NCBI GenBank assembly: GCA_964016885.1
Contig: OZ024761.1
Location: 7,130,001-7,194,000 of the forward strand
DNA length: 64,000 nucleotides
Direction: 5' to 3'
Source: Eledone cirrhosa
Taxonomy: Eukaryota
Part shown: piece by piece, positions 12,348-30,301 of the stretch
Numbering within the stretch: the first letter of the stretch is position 1
How the letters are laid out: every line of letters begins with the position of its first letter
Position numbers and translations under genes: made by a program
The notes under the pieces: model-generated
What the model was told of the DNA's origin: nothing
The model's database searches: none
What the model saw: the letters and a program-made list of their open reading frames with translations, nothing else

Positions 12348-13413
12348 TTCAAAATAAAAGATACACACACACTATCCATCTATTTATCTCTTTCTATATA
12401 TATATATGATTATACCCAAAGATATCGATATTGAAACAATTCTAATATGCCAATAAAGTTAATATGTATGCTGTAACAGTCTTTTGGGTCTTACTTTTAT
12501 TCACAATGTACAGTTGCTTTAATTCTGGAATAAAACCTAACTGAAACCGTCTTGTCACAATATGGAGTAGGGGCGAATCGCCTGTAACTCTAGTTACACA
12601 AAGAATGAAATAAATATATATATATATATATACATATATATTTTTTTGTATAACGGATGTGTATGTAAAATAATATAATTAATATTTGTGCCACAAACGG
12701 CGTGTTTACATTAAATTCAATGCATGTATAACTACACATACAATGAGCTTTTTCGTTAAAAAACGTTAATATCATATTATTAAGAAAATTATTAATTTCT
12801 GGGTGTGTTGTGAGTATATATATTTTAAAAGAGACGGGGTTTAAATGAAACCATTACCTCTTATGAATAAATGTCAAACTGTTTAGAAATACGTGTATGT
12901 ATACATACTCTATTTAAGACGACATAACAAACTACCTTTCGTTAAAGAATGCCAAATAGATTATACTTGAGCAATAGCGGTGTAACACTAATTAAGTTAC
13001 CGGTGTAGATATATTAGTTTACCACTATCAACCGACTGCCCGGTAATTTGAATTCGAGTTCATAGTGGAGGTTGTAAAAGAAAAATGTTTGGAAAATAGT
13101 AGACTCTAAACCTGCTAGACACAGCAGTCAAATCGGTTCCTCAGGGTAATAGATGCAAGTAGCTGCGACTTACCCTGTAGGGAGGGGGGGGGGGGGGGGC
13201 AGTGAATAAATTTACTCAATATATTAATAGTGTGTAAAGAAATATATATATATATGTGTATGGGTGTGTGTTTATATATGCACACACACACACACATATA
13301 TATTATATATGTATGTATGTATACATATATATAATCACACGTATCTATATATACATACTTATCCATAAATATAAACATATTTAAATGTTTACATCAGCAT
13401 ATACATATATAAA

Positions 13414-13453
<40 letters not shown>

Positions 13454-16400
13454 AATGTGAAAACTAAAATCCAAAGAGAGCTCGATAAGGATTTTATGTA
13501 TATATAAAATATATATATATAAAATACCCTAGAACAAATATTTATAGTAAGAACAGATTAAAATGTATGCATATATATGTACATATATAGATATATATTT
13601 ATTCATACATGCATAGAGAACAACAGAAAAAGGTCGGACAATAGGAGTGAAAGACCCCCAAAACAAAACAAAATAAGAAGGACTAGCTAGTAATAACAAG
13701 TGTGTACATGAAAACTGCACACAAGTATTTTTTTTTATCCAAAAATTGGATTTAAGTCAGAGACGAGTTATCATTCGTGGCAAAAATTTCGTTTTTGTTT
13801 ACATAAAATTTTCTTTTGTTTTGAAAAGTTAGAGGAGGAAAAAAGAAGAAGTTTTTCAATTTTCTCCACTTCCGATTATTTTCTACTGTATGCTAGAAAG
13901 AGCAGTGAAAGCAATATATATATTTCATGACAATATATATTGTTTTAAAGCTAAATTATTAACAACAATACATCGTATTTGCCGGTCTATTGGACACCCC
14001 TTCTCATAAGGCGCTCCTCTATTTCTATTATATTTTACGTTACATTTTGTGGTTTATAGGCATTTCTATGGACCACTTCCAATGTTCGCGCTTTTTCAAT
14101 ATACTCGGGTCCTCTAGGACCGTATCACGCGCAAATACCGGGGAATAACTGTATATGAATATATGGACTAATATACATTTAATTACACGCAAATTTATAT
14201 AAATACCAATATATATACACTAATATATACCAACACATCTGTCTCTCTATGTATATATGAGTAACCGTTTACTACTCATTGGAGACAGAGTGAGAGATTT
14301 GGCTGCTACTTTTAGTAGATTTAGATACTTCGGCAAATGGTTTATTTTTTTTTTTTATTCTCGGTACTCTGAACACGATTTGAAATGACTGGAGTGTGTC
14401 TATAAAAGGGTAAACTGAAACTGTTGCACCGGTAACATTTTTAGTTTTACACCGGTATATCCGAGACATAATCTGTCTCGCATTCGTTCGTTAGAGGTAA
14501 TGTTTCCTATGTCGTCTGAGTTAGTGTATAACTGTAGCCTATTACCATACTTTCACACACATTATATCTATACACATATAGGATTTTATTATTAACTTTG
14601 TATTCTATCTAATGAGAAGAGTTAGAAATAATAAGTGAAGTTAAAACTAACGTATAATTATATAACAATAGTATATAATAGTTTTCTCCACGTTATTGAG
14701 GTTTTAAAGAAAAAATCATGATAGCAGAAGAAATATATTTAATATCGTAACAGATAATATTTCAGGCAGGATGGTCGTTTCTCTTGTCTTCTATCTGTAG
14801 TAGATTCGTCATGTTCCGTGAATGTCACAGTTTATTATACATTGGAGACAGTGAGAGATTTGGCTACTATTTTTAGAAGATTTAGAAACTTCGGAAAACG
14901 GTTTACTTTTTTTCTTATTCCCGGCAGTCTGACCAGGATTTGAAATGATTGGAGTGATTTATAAAAGGGTAAACTGAATTAGTTGCCCCGGTAATATATT
15001 TAGTGTTACACCGGTATTTCGGAAACGTATTCAATTTGGTATTCGTTTGTAAGAGGTAATGGTTATTTTTTTCTTTTGCCGTCTGTGTTAGTGTAGAACT
15101 GTTCTAGATTGACGAGCTTGCTTTTTACAACTCGTTGTCAAAATACATATTATTTACTTTCACACAGACAATTATATTTATACAGATATAGGATTTTATT
15201 AAGTTTGTATTCCTTATAATAAAAGTTAGAAATAATAAGTCAAGTTAAAGAATTAAGTATAATCATATAACAAAAGTATATAATAGTTTCCTAGACTTTA
15301 TTCAGATTCAAGCGTTTTAAAGGAAAAACATGACAGTACAAGAAATATATTTAATATCATAACATATAATATTTCAGGTAGGCAGGTTGTTTCTGTTGTC
15401 TTCTATCTCCAGTAGATTCGTCATGTTCAGTGAGTGTCCTCTCCAGCCATAATTATGTCGTAGACGTAAGCATAAGTTCGATTTCTTCTGAGAGCAAGAG
15501 CAAATCTTGAGGCAGCCTTTTTGCTGGTACATTTATTAGCATGAATTCATGTTTACCCTCCTCGTAATAATTTGTACGTTTTTTTTAAATTTAGGTAAGA
15601 CCTATATAAATATAAACGTTTGTGGGTTTAGTATACCTTTAAGTTTAATTTCATTTAAAAAATACTTCTAACACAATTAGAACTGGAGCTACTAAGTTCT
15701 TGGCCACTAGAACATCTATTTGATAGAAGTTATTTCCTACTTCTATGCACTGTGAATATCCCTTCTACTTGTGTTTGTTAAAGAAACATTCTCTCATTTA
15801 GAAACCATGACTTCTTGTTAAATGAATGTTTTGTCTGGTCCAGTGTCAATAAGTGGCCTTGATTTTTGATTATTAATAAAGTTGAGGGGGGTCTACTGAA
15901 TTGACAAAAGCTAATATGGAAGTAAGATTTATCTAATGTTGCTCAGAATTTTCTTCATTATTGCTTATTTTAAAGTCTTGTTTAGCTGCCGATAAATTTG
16001 AAATCTATATGTTAGGTTGCTTATACCTACAAACCTTTCTTATGAGACTTACTACGGAATAAATTCTTAGCTGGAGATTTTACTTTGGGATAACGATCCT
16101 CCCAAATCCATAACAGCTTGAATCAGATGTAGCAAAAACTTGACTGTGAATATAATTGTAGACGGAAAATGTGTTTGTTTATTCAATCTAAAGAGAAGGA
16201 AAAGGAATTATAAGTCATGTGCAAAATTAACGTTTAAAGACATAATAAATGTATCTCTCTTTCGCTCTGGAAAAATAAATTGGCTGTTTTAGGATCAGGA
16301 GGAGGGGAGAATTGACTCAGAAGGTTTAAAGGCACACATAGTGGAAAACAACATTTTAAAAATAATTATATCGTTTTCAAATTCACGTAAGTTAAATAAA

Positions 16401-19400
16401 ATATATTTAAATGAATCTATAGATGGGATGTTGATATCTGCCAGGACTAAAACACATTTTCAAAGGAATAATAAAGAGAAATACCCACATCTCTAGTGGA
16501 AATATTTCTGAGATTCGAAACCCTATCGATGTATGTATTTTGTAACTGAAAAATTATCAAAAAATAATGTACGTTTTTCACGCAAGTGAAATTAAAATGA
16601 ATCTATATATAGGGTTTTTGATACCTGCCAGAGCTAATGAAATAGTAAAATTTTTTGTTTTCAATTATGTCAAGCATCGTATGTTCTTGTTTATTAAAGA
16701 ACTGCTAAAATAGATTTAGTAAGTATTATGCCAAAATTTGTTTCTTAAGCGGTAATGATAGACTCCGTCTGTGCTAGAGTATGTTTACACACACTACATA
16801 CATGCATATACATGAATTAATGGTTCATTAGCTTTATTTATCTATTTACACTTCTCGTAATAATTCGAGCGTTATTTTCTTCAGGAGAGACGTAGATAGA
16901 AAACGTTTGTGGCTTTAGTATTGCTTATTTTTATGTTTTGTTTAATTGCCAATAAATGTGAAATCTATTTGTTAGGTTACTTAGATCTACAAACCTTTCT
17001 TATGACACTTACTAATAATTCGAGCATGTCTTTCTTCGGGTGACAGGTAGATAGAAAAACGTTTGTTCAAAATTAACGTTTATAGACAAGAAAAGTATCT
17101 TTCTTTCTCTCTGGAAAAATAAATCGGCTGTTTTTAGACCAGGAGGAGACGAGGATTGACTCAGTCAGGTTTAAATGCATGCCCACATGGCGGTAATTAT
17201 GGCAGCCCTACAACAATAGTTAAGTGTCTATAACAACCACGAATTCATGAGACTGAAATCCTTACTAATGTATTTTTATTTTGGTACTTGAAAAGAAAAT
17301 TTTAAAAATAATTACATCCTTTTCACCTAAGTCAAATACTATGTACTTAAATGAATCTACAGATGAAGATGCAATATCTACTAGGACCTTGGAAATAGTG
17401 AAATATATATTTTAAAAAATTAAAACTACTTTTCAAATAAATAATAAAGATACACAAACACATCTCTCGTGGTGATATTTCTGAGATTGGAAACCTTATC
17501 AATGTATGTATTTTGTCACTGAAAAGTTATAAAGAAAATAATTAATATTATATATGTGTTTTTAGCATAAGTGAAATTAAAATGAGGTTTTCGATACCTG
17601 CCAGAGCTTAGGAAATAATAAAGTAATTTTTTTTTTTCAATTATGTCAAACATCGTAGGTGGTTCTTTATTAAAGAAATGCTAAAATAGATTTAAATATA
17701 TCAAATTTGCACAGTAGAATTACGGCCGCTTGGTGGGCGTGTGGTAAAGTGGTGGTATCGTAGGTAGTGTAGTTAGGTAGTGTAGTTAGGTAGTGAAGGT
17801 TCGAGCGTAGGGGAGAACTAAAAAGGTGGCTTCGAGATGAAGGTGGCCCCGGTAGCCCAGAAGGTAGAGACCGTTCTTTTAATTAAAAAAAATAAAAATA
17901 CTTTAAATTTTAGATAAAGAAGATTGAAAGCCTACCTCCAATCTATACATATATAAAGCATGCATAGATACAGCACTATAACCCACACGGCCACCTACAG
18001 ACCAACAAATAAGTAGTGAAAATTAACACATTTAAAGTTATTTTATTGTTAGACTGAAAATAAGTTTATATAGATATATATTTAACAAAAAGTAATCGAA
18101 GGCTTTATAGTCTAATGGTAAGACATAGAACTAGGGAATGCAGTGGTTGGCTTTCGAATCAGATTATAATAACAATAATTTTTTTTTTTTTAATCCTCAT
18201 ACTATAAGGAACTTACCTGATTTGAACACGTAGTCATACCATTTAAAGCTTTATTTGTCTCTCCCTCATGGTAAGACAATCAGCATATAAATAAACATGC
18301 TTCAATTCAACACGTTTTCATACCATTTAAAACTTTCTTTAGAGATAAGGCAGACACACACAAATGAACTAGGTAGTAAACTATGAAGACTAAGTATGTC
18401 TATTAATATCAACGCGTCGTTAAATGTAGTGGTCATTTTATTGTTTAATGTACATAAACCCCTTAATATAATTGTTTCTACTTTTGACATAAGACCAGCA
18501 ATTGTCCCAGTGCATTACTGATACTTCATTTTATCCATCCTGCAAGGTTGAACATATAATACCATGTAAAAGATTTAAATGTCAGAAGGAATCATTTTTA
18601 TTTTCTTGTTCCGTCAAACCTTGCGTTTATTCTGCACACACACTTGTGGTCGAAACACTTGCTTGAGGTGGGGTTTTTTTATTATAGAAAAACGTAAACT
18701 AAGTTCAATGTACTTAAACTATTGCAAACATTGTTTTTTACAGAAAGAAGTAAACAGGGAGTTCCATGGAGCCGACATTCTCGACAAGAAGGGTTAGACA
18801 TGAGAAACTTTCGCTTTGTGGAGATTGACACAACATTGGGTGATGATACGAGGAGAGGAAAGGTTGTGGAGAGTGTCTTAGTGGAAGAGATGAAATGTGA
18901 GCAGTAACCTCCGAAGAGTTGAAATTACTAATCGAGATGAAATCATAGCTATGTTGACAATATATATTACAAACATGTAGTATAAATTAAACTAGTGTTA
19001 TCCTGTAACACAGAAGACAAATAAAACATTACCTCTTGCATGCACCTCGTACCGGTGTAGCGTTTTTATAGTCTCTCCGCTTCATTATATCATCGAGTAA
19101 CTTGAAACTGAGTTCAAATCACCGGGAGGTAGAAATGTCACTTTAAAATGAAGACACAGCTTGCATATTGATTTGACACAGCTTGCATATTGATTTCACA
19201 CAGCTTGTATATTGATTTCACGTTCAAAATAAAAGATACACACACACTATCCATCTATTTATCTCTTTCTATATATATATATGATTATACCCAAAGATAT
19301 CGATATTGAAACAATTCTAATATGCCAATAAAGTTAATATGTATGCTGTAACAGTCTTTTGGGTCTTACTTTTATTCACAATGTACAGTTGCTTTAATTC

Positions 19401-20289
19401 TGGAATAAAACCTAACTGAAACCGTCTTGTCACAATATGGAGTAGGGGCGAATCGCCTGTAACTCTAGTTACACAAAGAATGAAATAAATATATATATAT
19501 ATATATATACATATATATTTTTTTGTATAACGGATGTGTATGTAAAATAATATAATTAATATTTGTGCCACAAACGGCGTGTTTACATTAAATTCAATGC
19601 ATGTATAACTACACATACAATGAGCTTTTTCGTTAAAAAACGTTAATATCATATTATTAAGAAAATTATTAATTTCTGGGTGTGTTGTGAGTATATATAT
19701 TCTAAAAGAGACGGGGTTTAAATGAAACCATTACCTCTTATGAATAAATGTCAAACTGTTTAGAAATACGTGTATGTATACATACTCTATTTAAGACGAC
19801 ATAACAAACTACCTTTCGTTAAAGAATGCCAAATAGATTATACTTGAGCAATAGCGGTGTAACACTAATTAAGTTACCGGTGTAGATATATTAGTTTACC
19901 ACTATCAACCGACTGCCCGGTAATTTGAATTCGAGTTCATAGTGGAGGTTGTAAAAGAAAAATGTTTGGAAAATAGTAGACTCTAAACCTGCTAGACACA
20001 GCAGTCAAATCGGTTCCTCAGGGTAATAGATGCAAGTAGCTGCGACTTACCCTGTAGGGAGGGGGGGGGGGGGGGCAGTGAATAAATTTACTCAATATAT
20101 TAATAGTGTGTAAAGAAATATATATATATATGTGTATGGGTGTGTGTTTATATATGCACACACACACACACATATATATTATATATGTATGTATGTATAC
20201 ATATATATAATCACACGTATCTATATATACATACTTATCCATAAATATAAACATATTTAAATGTTTACATCAGCATATACATATATAAA

Positions 20290-20327
<38 letters not shown>

Positions 20328-23300
20328 AATGTGAAAACTAAAATCCAAAGAGAGCTCGATAAGGATTTTATGTATATATAAAATATATATATATAAAATA
20401 CCCTAGAACAAATATTTATAGTAAGAACAGATTAAAATGTATGCATATATATGTACATATATAGATATATATTTATTCATACATGCATAGAGAACAACAG
20501 AAAAAGGTCGGACAATAGCAGTGAAAGACCCCCAAAACAAAACAAAATAAGAAGGACTAGCTAGTAATAACAAGTGTGTACATGAAAACTGCACACAAGT
20601 ATTTTTTTTTATCCAAAAATTGGATTTAAGTCAGAGACGAGTTATCATTCGTGGCAAAAATTTCGTTTTTGTTTACATTAAATTTTCTTTTGTTTTGAAA
20701 AGTTAGAGGAGGAAAAAAGAAGAAGTTTTTCAATTTTCTCCACTTCCGATTATTTTCTACTGTATGCTAGAAAGAGCAGTGAAAGCAATATATATATTTC
20801 ATGACAATATATATTGTTTTAAAGCTAAATTATTAACAACAATACATCGTATTTGCCGGTCTATTGGACACCCCTTCTCATAAGGCGCTCCTCTATTTCT
20901 ATTATATTTTACGTTACATTTTGTGGTTTATAGGCATTTCTATGGACCACTTCCAATGTTCGCGCTTTTTCAATATACTCGGGTCCTCTAGGACCGTATC
21001 ACGCGCAAATACCGGGGAATAACTGTATATGAATATATGGACTAATATACATTTAATTACACGCAAATTTATATAAATACCAATATATATACACTAATAT
21101 ATACCAACACGTCTGTCTCTCTATGTATATATGAGTAACCGTTTACTACTCATTGGAGATAGAGTGAGAGATTTGGCTGCTACTTTTAGTAGATTTAGAT
21201 ACTTCGGCAAATGGTTTATTTTTTTTTTTATTCTCGGTACTCTGAACACGATTTGAAATGACTGGAGTGTGTCTATAAAAGGGTAAACTGAAACTGTTGC
21301 ACCGGTAACATTTTTAGTTTTACACCGGTATATCCGAGACATAATCTGTCTCGCATTCGTTCGTTAGAGGTAATGTTTCTTATGTCGTCTGAGTTAGTGT
21401 ATAACTGTAGCTTATTACCATACTTTCACACACATTATATCTATACACATATAGGATTTTATTATTAACTTTGTATTCTATCTAATGAGAAGAGTTAGAA
21501 ATAATAAGTGAAGTTAAAACTAACGTATAATTATATAACAATAGTATATAATAGTTTTCTCCACGTTATTGAGATTCCAAAGTTTTAAAGAAAAAATCAT
21601 GATAGCAGAAGAAATATATTTAATATCGTAACAGATAATATTTCAGGCAGGATGGTCGTTTCTCTTGTCTTCTATCTGTAGTAGATTCGTCATGTTCCGT
21701 GAATGTCACAGTTTATTATACATTGGAGACAGTGAGAGATTTGGCTACTATTTTTAGAAGATTTAGAAACTTCGGAAAACGGTTTACTTTTTTTCTTATT
21801 CCCGGCAGTCTGACCAGGATTTGAAATGACTGGAGTGATTTATAAAAGGGTAAACTGAATTGGTTGCCCCGGTAATATATTTAGTGTTACACCGGTATTT
21901 CGGAAACGTATTCAATTTGGTATTCGTTTGTAAGAGGTAATGGTTATTTTTTTCTTTTGCCGTCTGTGTTAGTGTAGAACTGTTCTAGATTGACGAGCTT
22001 GCTTTTTACAACTCGTTGTCAAAATACATATTATTTACTTTCACACAGACAATTATATTTATACAGATATAGGATTTTATTAAGTTTGTATTCCTTATAA
22101 TAAAAGTTAGAAATAATAAGTCAAGTTAAAGAATTAAGTATAATCATATAACAAAAGTATATAATAGTTTCCTAGACTTTATTCAGATGCAAGCGTTTTA
22201 AAGGAAAAACATGACAGTACAAGAAATATATTTAATATCATAACATATAATATTTCAGGTAGGCAGGTTGTTTCTGTTGTCTTCTATCTCCAGTAGATTC
22301 GTCATGTTCAGTGAGTGTCCTCTCCAGCCATAATTATGTCGTAGACGTAAGCATAAGTTCGATTTCTTCTGAGAGCAAGAGCAAATCTTGAGGCAGCCTT
22401 TTTGGTGGTACATTTATTAGCATGAATTCATGTTTACCCTCCTCGTAATAATTTGTACGTTTTTTTTAAATTTAGGTAAGACCTATATAAATATAAACGT
22501 TTGTGGGTTTAGTATACCTTTAAGTTTAATTTCATTTAAAAAATACTTCTAACACAATTAGAACTGGAGCTACTAAGTTCTTGGCCACTAGAACATCTAT
22601 TTGATAGAAGTTATTTCCTACTTCTATGCACTGTGAATATCCCTTCTACTTGTGTTTGTTAAAGAAACATTCTCTCATTTAGAAACCATGACTTCTTGTT
22701 AAATGAATGTTTTGTCTGGTCCAGTGTCAATAAGTGGCCTTGATTTTTGATTATTAATAAAGTTGAGGGGGTCTACTGAATTGACAAAAGCTAATATGGA
22801 AGTAAGATTTATCTAATGTTGCTCAGAATTTTCTTCATTATTGCTTATTTTAAAGTCTTGTTTAGCTGCCGATAAATTTGAAATCTATATGTTAGGTTGC
22901 TTATACCTACAAACCTTTCTTATGAGACTTACTATGGAATAAATTCTTAGCTGGAGATAACGATCCTCCCAAATCCATAACAGCTTGAATCAGATGTAGC
23001 AAAAACTTGACTGTGAATATAATTGTAGACGGAAAATGTGTTTGTTTATTCAATCTAAAGAGAAGGAAAAGGAATTATAAGTCATGTGCAAAATTAACGT
23101 TTAAAGACATAATAAATGTATCTCTCTTTCGCTCTGGAAAAATAAATTGGCTGTTTTAGGATCAGGAGGAGGGGAGAATTGACTCAGAAGGTTTAAAGGC
23201 ACACATAGTGGAAAACAACATTTTAAAAATAATTATATCGTTTTCAAATTCACGCAAGTTAAATAAAATATATTTAAATGAATCTATAGATGGGATGTTG

Positions 23301-26300
23301 ATATCTGCCAGGACTAAAACACATTTTCAAAGGAATAATAAAGAGAAATACCCACATCTCTAGTGGAAATATTTCTGAGATTCGAAACCCTATCGATGTA
23401 TGTATTTTGTAACTGAAAAATTATCAAAAAATAATGTACGTTTTTCACGCAAGTGAAATTAAAATGAATCTATATATAGGGTTTTTGATACCTGCCAGAG
23501 CTAATGAAATAGTAAAATTTTTTGTTTTCAATTATGTCAAGCATCGTATGTTCTTGTTTATTAAAGAACTGCTAAAATAGATTTAGTAAGTATTATGCCA
23601 AAATTTGTTTCTTAAGCGGTAATGATAGACTCCGTCTGTGCTAGAGTATGTTTACACACACTACATACATGCATATACATGAATTAATGGTTCATTAGCT
23701 TTATTTATCTATTTACACTTCTCGTAATAATTCGAGCGTTATTTTCTTCAGGAGAGACGTAGATAGAAAACGTTTGTGGCTTTAGTATTGCTTATTTTTA
23801 TGTTTTGTTTAATTGCCAATAAATGTGAAATCTATTTGTTAGGTTACTTAGATCTACAAACCTTTCTTATGACACTTACTAATAATTCGAGCATGTCTTT
23901 CTTCGGGTGACAGGTAGATAGAAAAACGTTTGTTCAAAATTAACGTTTATAGACAAGAAAAGTATCTTTCTTTCTCTCTGGAAAAATAAATCGGCTGTTT
24001 TTAGACCAGGAGGAGACGAGGATTGACTCAGTCAGGTTTAAATGCATGCCCACATGGCGGTAATTATGGCAGCCCTACAACAATAGTTAAGTGTCTATAA
24101 CAACCACGAATTCATGAGACTGAAATCCTTACTAATGTATTTTTATTTTGGTACTTGAAAAGAAAATTTTAAAAATAATTACATCCTTTTCACCTAAGTC
24201 AAATACTATGTACTTAAATGAATCTACAGATGAAGATGCAATATCTACTAGGACCTTGGAAATAGTGAAATATATATTTTTAAAAATTAAAACTACTTTT
24301 CAAATAAATAATAAAGATACACAAACACATCTCTCGTGGTGATATTTCTGAGATTGGAAACCTTATCAATGTATGTATTTTGTCACTGAAAAGTTATAAA
24401 GAAAATAATTAATATTATATATGTGTTTTTAGCATAAGTGAAATTAAAATGAGGTTTTCGATACCTGCCAGAGCTTAGGAAATAATAAAGTAATTTTTTT
24501 TTTTCAATTATGTCAAACATCGTAGGTGGTTCTTTATTAAAGAAATGCTAAAATAGATTTAAATATATCAAATTTGCACAGTAGAATTACGGCCGCTTGG
24601 TGGGCGTGTGGTAAAGTGGTGGTATCGTAGGTAGTGTAGTTAGGTAGTGTAGTTAGGTAGTGAAGGTTCGAGCGTAGGGGGGAACTAAAAAGGTGGCTTC
24701 GAGATGAAGGTGGCCCCGGTAGCCCAGAAGGTAGAGACCGTTCTTTTAATTAAAAAAATAAAAATACTTTAAATTTTAGATAAAGAAGATTGAAAGCCTA
24801 CCTCCAATCTATACATATATAAAGCATGCATAGATACAGCACTATAACCCACACGGCCACCTACAGACCAACAAATAAGTAGTGAAAATTAACACATTTA
24901 AAGTTATTTTATTGTTAGACTGAAAATAAGTTTATATAGATATATATTTAACAAAAAGTAATCGAAGGCTTTATAGTCTAGTGGTAAGACATAGAACTAG
25001 GGAATGCAGTGGTTGGCTTTCGAATCAGATTATAATAACAATAATTTTTTTTTTTTTATCCTCATACTATAAGGAACTTACCTGATTTGAACACGTAGTC
25101 ATACCATTTAAAGCTTTATTTGTCTCTCCCTCATGGTAAGACAATCAGCATATAAATAAACATGCTTCAATCCAACACGTTTTCATACCATTTAAAACTT
25201 TCTTTAGAGATAAGGCAGACACACACAAATGAACTAGGTAGTAAACTATGAAGACTAAGTATGTCTATTAATATCAACGCGTCGTTAAATGTAGTGGTCA
25301 TTTTATTGTTTAATGTACATAAACCCCTTAATATAATTGTTTCTACTTTTGACATAAGACCAGCAATTGTCCCAGTGCATTACTGATACTTCATTTTATC
25401 CATCCTGCAAGGTTGAACATATAATACCATGTAAAAGATTTAAATGTCAGAAGGAATCATTTTTATTTTCTTGTTCCGTCAAACCTTGCGTTTATTCTGC
25501 ACACACACTTGTGGTCGAAACACTTGCTTGAGGTGGGGTTTTTTTATTATAGAAAAACGTAAACTAAGTTCAATGTACTTAAACTATTGCAAACATTGTT
25601 TTTTACAGAAAGAAGTAAACAGGGAGTTCCATGGAGCCGACATTCTCGACAAGAAGGGTTAGACATGAGAAACTTTCGCTTTGTGGAGATTGACACAACA
25701 TTGGGTGATGATACGACGAGAGGAAAGGTTGTGGAGAGTGTCTTAGTGGAAGAGATGAAATGTGAGCAGTAACCTCCGAAGAGTTGAAATTACTAATCGA
25801 GATGAAATCATAGCTATGTTGACAATATATATTACAAACATGTAGTATAAATTAAACTAGTGTTATCCTGTAACACAGAAGACAAATAAAACATTACCTC
25901 TTGCATGCACCTCGTACCGGTGTAAACTAAATATGCCACCGGTGTAGCGTTTTTATAGTCTCTCCGCTTCATTATATCATCGAGTAACTTGAAACTGAGT
26001 TCAAATCACCGGGAGGTAGAAATGTCACTTTAAAATGAAGACACAGCTTGCATATTGATTTGACACAGCTTGCATATTGATTTCACACAGCTTGTATATT
26101 GATTTCACGTTCAAAATAAAAGATACACACACACTATCCATCTATTTATCTCTTTCTATATATATATGATTATACCCAAAGATATCGATATTGAAACAAT
26201 TCTAATATGCCAATAAAGTTAATATGTATGCTGTAACAGTCTTTTGGGTCTTACTTTTATTCACAATGTACAGTTGCTTTAATTCTGGAATAAAACCTAA

Positions 26301-26386
26301 CTGAAACCGTCTTGTCACAGTATCAAGGGCTTGGAGGAGGGGCGAATCGCCTGTAACTCTAGTTACACAAAGAAGGAAATATATAT

Positions 26387-26582
26387 ATAGGAACAAGTAA
26401 GACCCCGACGGCTGAGCTCAAGCCGTTTCGACGGTTAATTCTGTACAGAACTAGCCGCTGAAACGGCTTGAGCTCAGCCGTCGGGGTCTTACTTGTTCCT
26501 ATTACCCACTCTACTACCCTAAGTATTGAGTACTTTGGTGCGTTATGGTCCACCTGGTTCCTTACCACATTTCCTTCGTTAT
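26387..26582 (+). mobile_element. ~195 bp palindromic element next to a TA tract (copy 1)
   Basis: ~116 bp hairpin plus 80 bp tail; absent from the equivalent sites in units 1 and 2; second copy inverted at 45631-45828. Confidence 0.85.
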
Positions 26583-27149
26583 TTTTGGGTATAACGGATG
26601 TGTATGTAAAGTAATATAATTAATATTTGTGCCACAAACGGCGTATTGACATTAAATTCAATGCATGTATAACTACACATACAATAAGCTTTTTCGTTAA
26701 AAAAAACGTTAAGAAAATTATTAATTTCTGGATGTGTTGTGAGTATATATATTCTAAAAGAGACCATTACCTCTTATGAATAAATGTCAAACTGTTTAGG
26801 AATACATGTATGTATACATACTCTATTTAAGAGGATATAACAAACTACCTTTCGTTAAGGAATGCCAAATAGATTATACTTGAGCAATAGCGGTGTAACA
26901 CTAATTAAGTTACCGGTGTAGATATATTAGTTTACCACTATCAACCGACTGCCCGGTAATTTGAAATCAAGTTCATAGTGGAGGTTGTAAAGGAAAAATG
27001 TTTGGAAAATATTAGACTCTAAGCCTGCTAGACACAGCAGTCAAATCTCTTACTCAAGGTAATAGATGCAATTAGCTGCGACTCACCCTGCCGGGAGGGG
27101 GGGAGACCACAGTGAATAAAATGTACTCAATATATTGCTAGTGTATAAA

Positions 27150-29506
<2,357 letters not shown>

Positions 29507-29693
29507 GATTTCGTTTCTGAATTTATATAAACAACTATCTGGTTGTGGAACCAACCAACCAACCAGAAATTTATAAATTTGTAAATTTATAAATATATAT
29601 TAAATTAAATTGAAGTGAAAGCAACTGGTGCGTGTGTTTCTTATTGGCAACATGACCCTCCCAAAGTATAACAATATATATATATATATATAG

Positions 29694-29724
<31 letters not shown>

Positions 29725-29731
29725 GTATATA

Positions 29732-29772
<41 letters not shown>

Positions 29773-29851
29773 GTATATGTATATATATATATATGTATAT
29801 ATATATATGTATATATGTATATATATATATATGTATATGTATATATATATG

Positions 29852-29885
<34 letters not shown>

Positions 29886-29927
29886 TATATGTATATGTAT
29901 ATATATATATGTATATATATATTATAC

Positions 29928-29959
<32 letters not shown>

Positions 29960-30218
29960 GTATATGTATGTATATATATATACATATATATATGTATATA
30001 TATATATATATAGTAGAATAATCGAGTATCGAAAAATCGGCGCACGAGTTCACGATAAACAAAATTCGACATGAGTGGCAGAGGGCTCAATAATTCAGAT
30101 AAATCAGAGCTATAACTATCGTTAAAATACCAACACACATAGATTATGTCTAAAATCAACCATATATATATATATAATATATAATATATAATATATAAGG
30201 ATAATTATAACAACCTCC

Positions 30219-30260
<42 letters not shown>

Positions 30261-30301
30261 TGGAAATTACATGAATCAAAGTTCTGTTTAAACCATTTAT
30301 T

